A stretch of 63,687 bases of DNA, the filler included, from Octopus bimaculoides (taxonomy: Eukaryota), in NCBI RefSeq assembly GCF_001194135.2. It is 4 parts of 3 records of this genome, joined end to end, with 100 filler letters (N's around TTAATTAATTAA, not from the genome) between each part and the next. Parts side by side here need not be neighbours in the genome. Positions count along the whole stretch, not along the records: positions 57,698 to 63,687 come from NC_068995.1; 3 more parts are not named here. One strand, given 5' to 3'. A model generated the notes under the pieces. The model searched no databases. It was not told where the DNA came from and saw nothing but the letters and a program-made list of their open reading frames with translations. A program made the position numbers and the translations under genes. Numbering within the stretch: the first letter of the stretch is position 1; the number at the start of each line of letters is the position of its first letter. Below, piece by piece: positions 62,464 through 63,687 of the stretch.

Positions 62464-63687
62464 ATGTAAAAATAGTAGGTATATAAAAAGACCGTATTGT
62501 ACTTAGGAAATGCGAAAAAAATATTTAAAACGGTGTCATAGTTTTTTATTTCTTTAGGTCATAATATGAGTAACTAGTAATCTTCCTTTGGTCATATGGC
62601 TAAATGTGTCAGTTTTTATTATAATGCAAAAATATCATGCGTTTTGCTAGAGAAATATGTCTATAAGTTTCAGCGATAATATGTATATATATATATATAC
62701 ACGCCCGTGTAATTTTAAGTTTCATACGTATATAGATTAAAAGTATCAACAGTCATTGATGCTGGATTATAAGATTTTATGAAATAAAAGATAAAATGTT
62801 CAGTTAACAGCATTTATGTAAAAATAGGTGTTTATTAAAAAAATATAAATTGGAGGTTGCTTAAAGGTAATTACGTGAGATAGGTATTATAGATTAATAA
62901 AAAAAGTTTAGGTAAGTTTTTATATGGTATAATTATAAAATGAAGAGATCGACAGATTAAATTTATACTTATATAATGGTATTCAATATGGTTTATATAA
63001 TGATTACTTTAAAAAATAAATATACTATTATCATTGGTTTAAAATGTGGGTTATATGGGTGGCCTTAATATTGAAAATTTTAAAGTAGTGGAGTATTGAA
63101 TATGTTGCTGAGAACTAATATACAATTTGTTATTTCAATGTATGTATAAATATGGAGGAAAAAATTTGAATTTACTAAGAAGATGATAGTATTGCATAGA
63201 GTTAAGACTAAACTGATAATATAGTTTGGGATTATGTAGTAAAGTTTAGGTAAAAATTGGATATAGGCGAGTTGCATGGAGTATAAGTATGGTGGGATTT
63301 ATAATGGATGTGATATTATGTATTATTGTATTATGATAAGATAAGTATGGGATTAAGTATAAAGATCAGAATAAACAATTATATATTAATATTAAGGGTT
63401 AATCCGGTTTCTTTTATCCTTATTCTTATATGTATCACTTTTATTTTGCATTACATTTCCATTGTGATACAAATAAAACGAACCAAGTATCTATTAAATT
63501 TTTTTCTCTCCATTTTCTTTTATTAACTTTATAATTTATTAGACTGCTTATGCATATTGAGGAACTTTCTATGTATTTGATATCGCCAGTTGGCATATGG
63601 GTTGTTATTAACAATCCCTTACGCACACACACATATACATGTATATATATAATATATATATACACTTATATATATATATATATATAT

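Overview
AT-rich, intron-rich eukaryotic genomic DNA. The tRNA-headed SINE repertoire, RTE/Dong LINE remnants and very high microsatellite density point to Octopus (inference, no database search run). Three 100-bp N-ttaattaattaa-N linkers (22292-22391, 45639-45738, 57598-57697) split the window into four joined scaffolds. The only host gene I can support is a + strand VWA3A-like gene: six spliced exons at 46200-56884, one partly hidden in a gap, encoding the C-terminal vWA domain with an intact MIDAS motif. The ORF track misses it as a gene, and most listed ORFs are microsatellite or gap artefacts. The rest is decayed mobile DNA: a Penelope-like RT flanked by ~640-bp inverted arms, CR1-like, Tx1/L1, RTE and Dong/R4 LINE fragments, a Tc1/mariner remnant, a Helitron-like 3' end and many SINEs. 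The strongest unexplained signal is a canonical, fully paired type I hammerhead ribozyme on the minus strand (59985-60037). It lies in a 145-nt cassette closed by a perfect 14-bp inverted repeat, between ~110-bp direct repeats 281 bp apart, which resembles a retrozyme-like unit. A second hammerhead core with the same ~290-bp direct-repeat layout lies at 44092-44151, and a degenerate Penelope-type core at 37077-37113. Other notable structures are a pre-miRNA-like intronic hairpin, a near-perfect 84-bp foldback in an old LINE and a nested palindrome. No rRNA, true tRNA gene or CRISPR array was seen. Repeat boundaries are approximate, read by eye.
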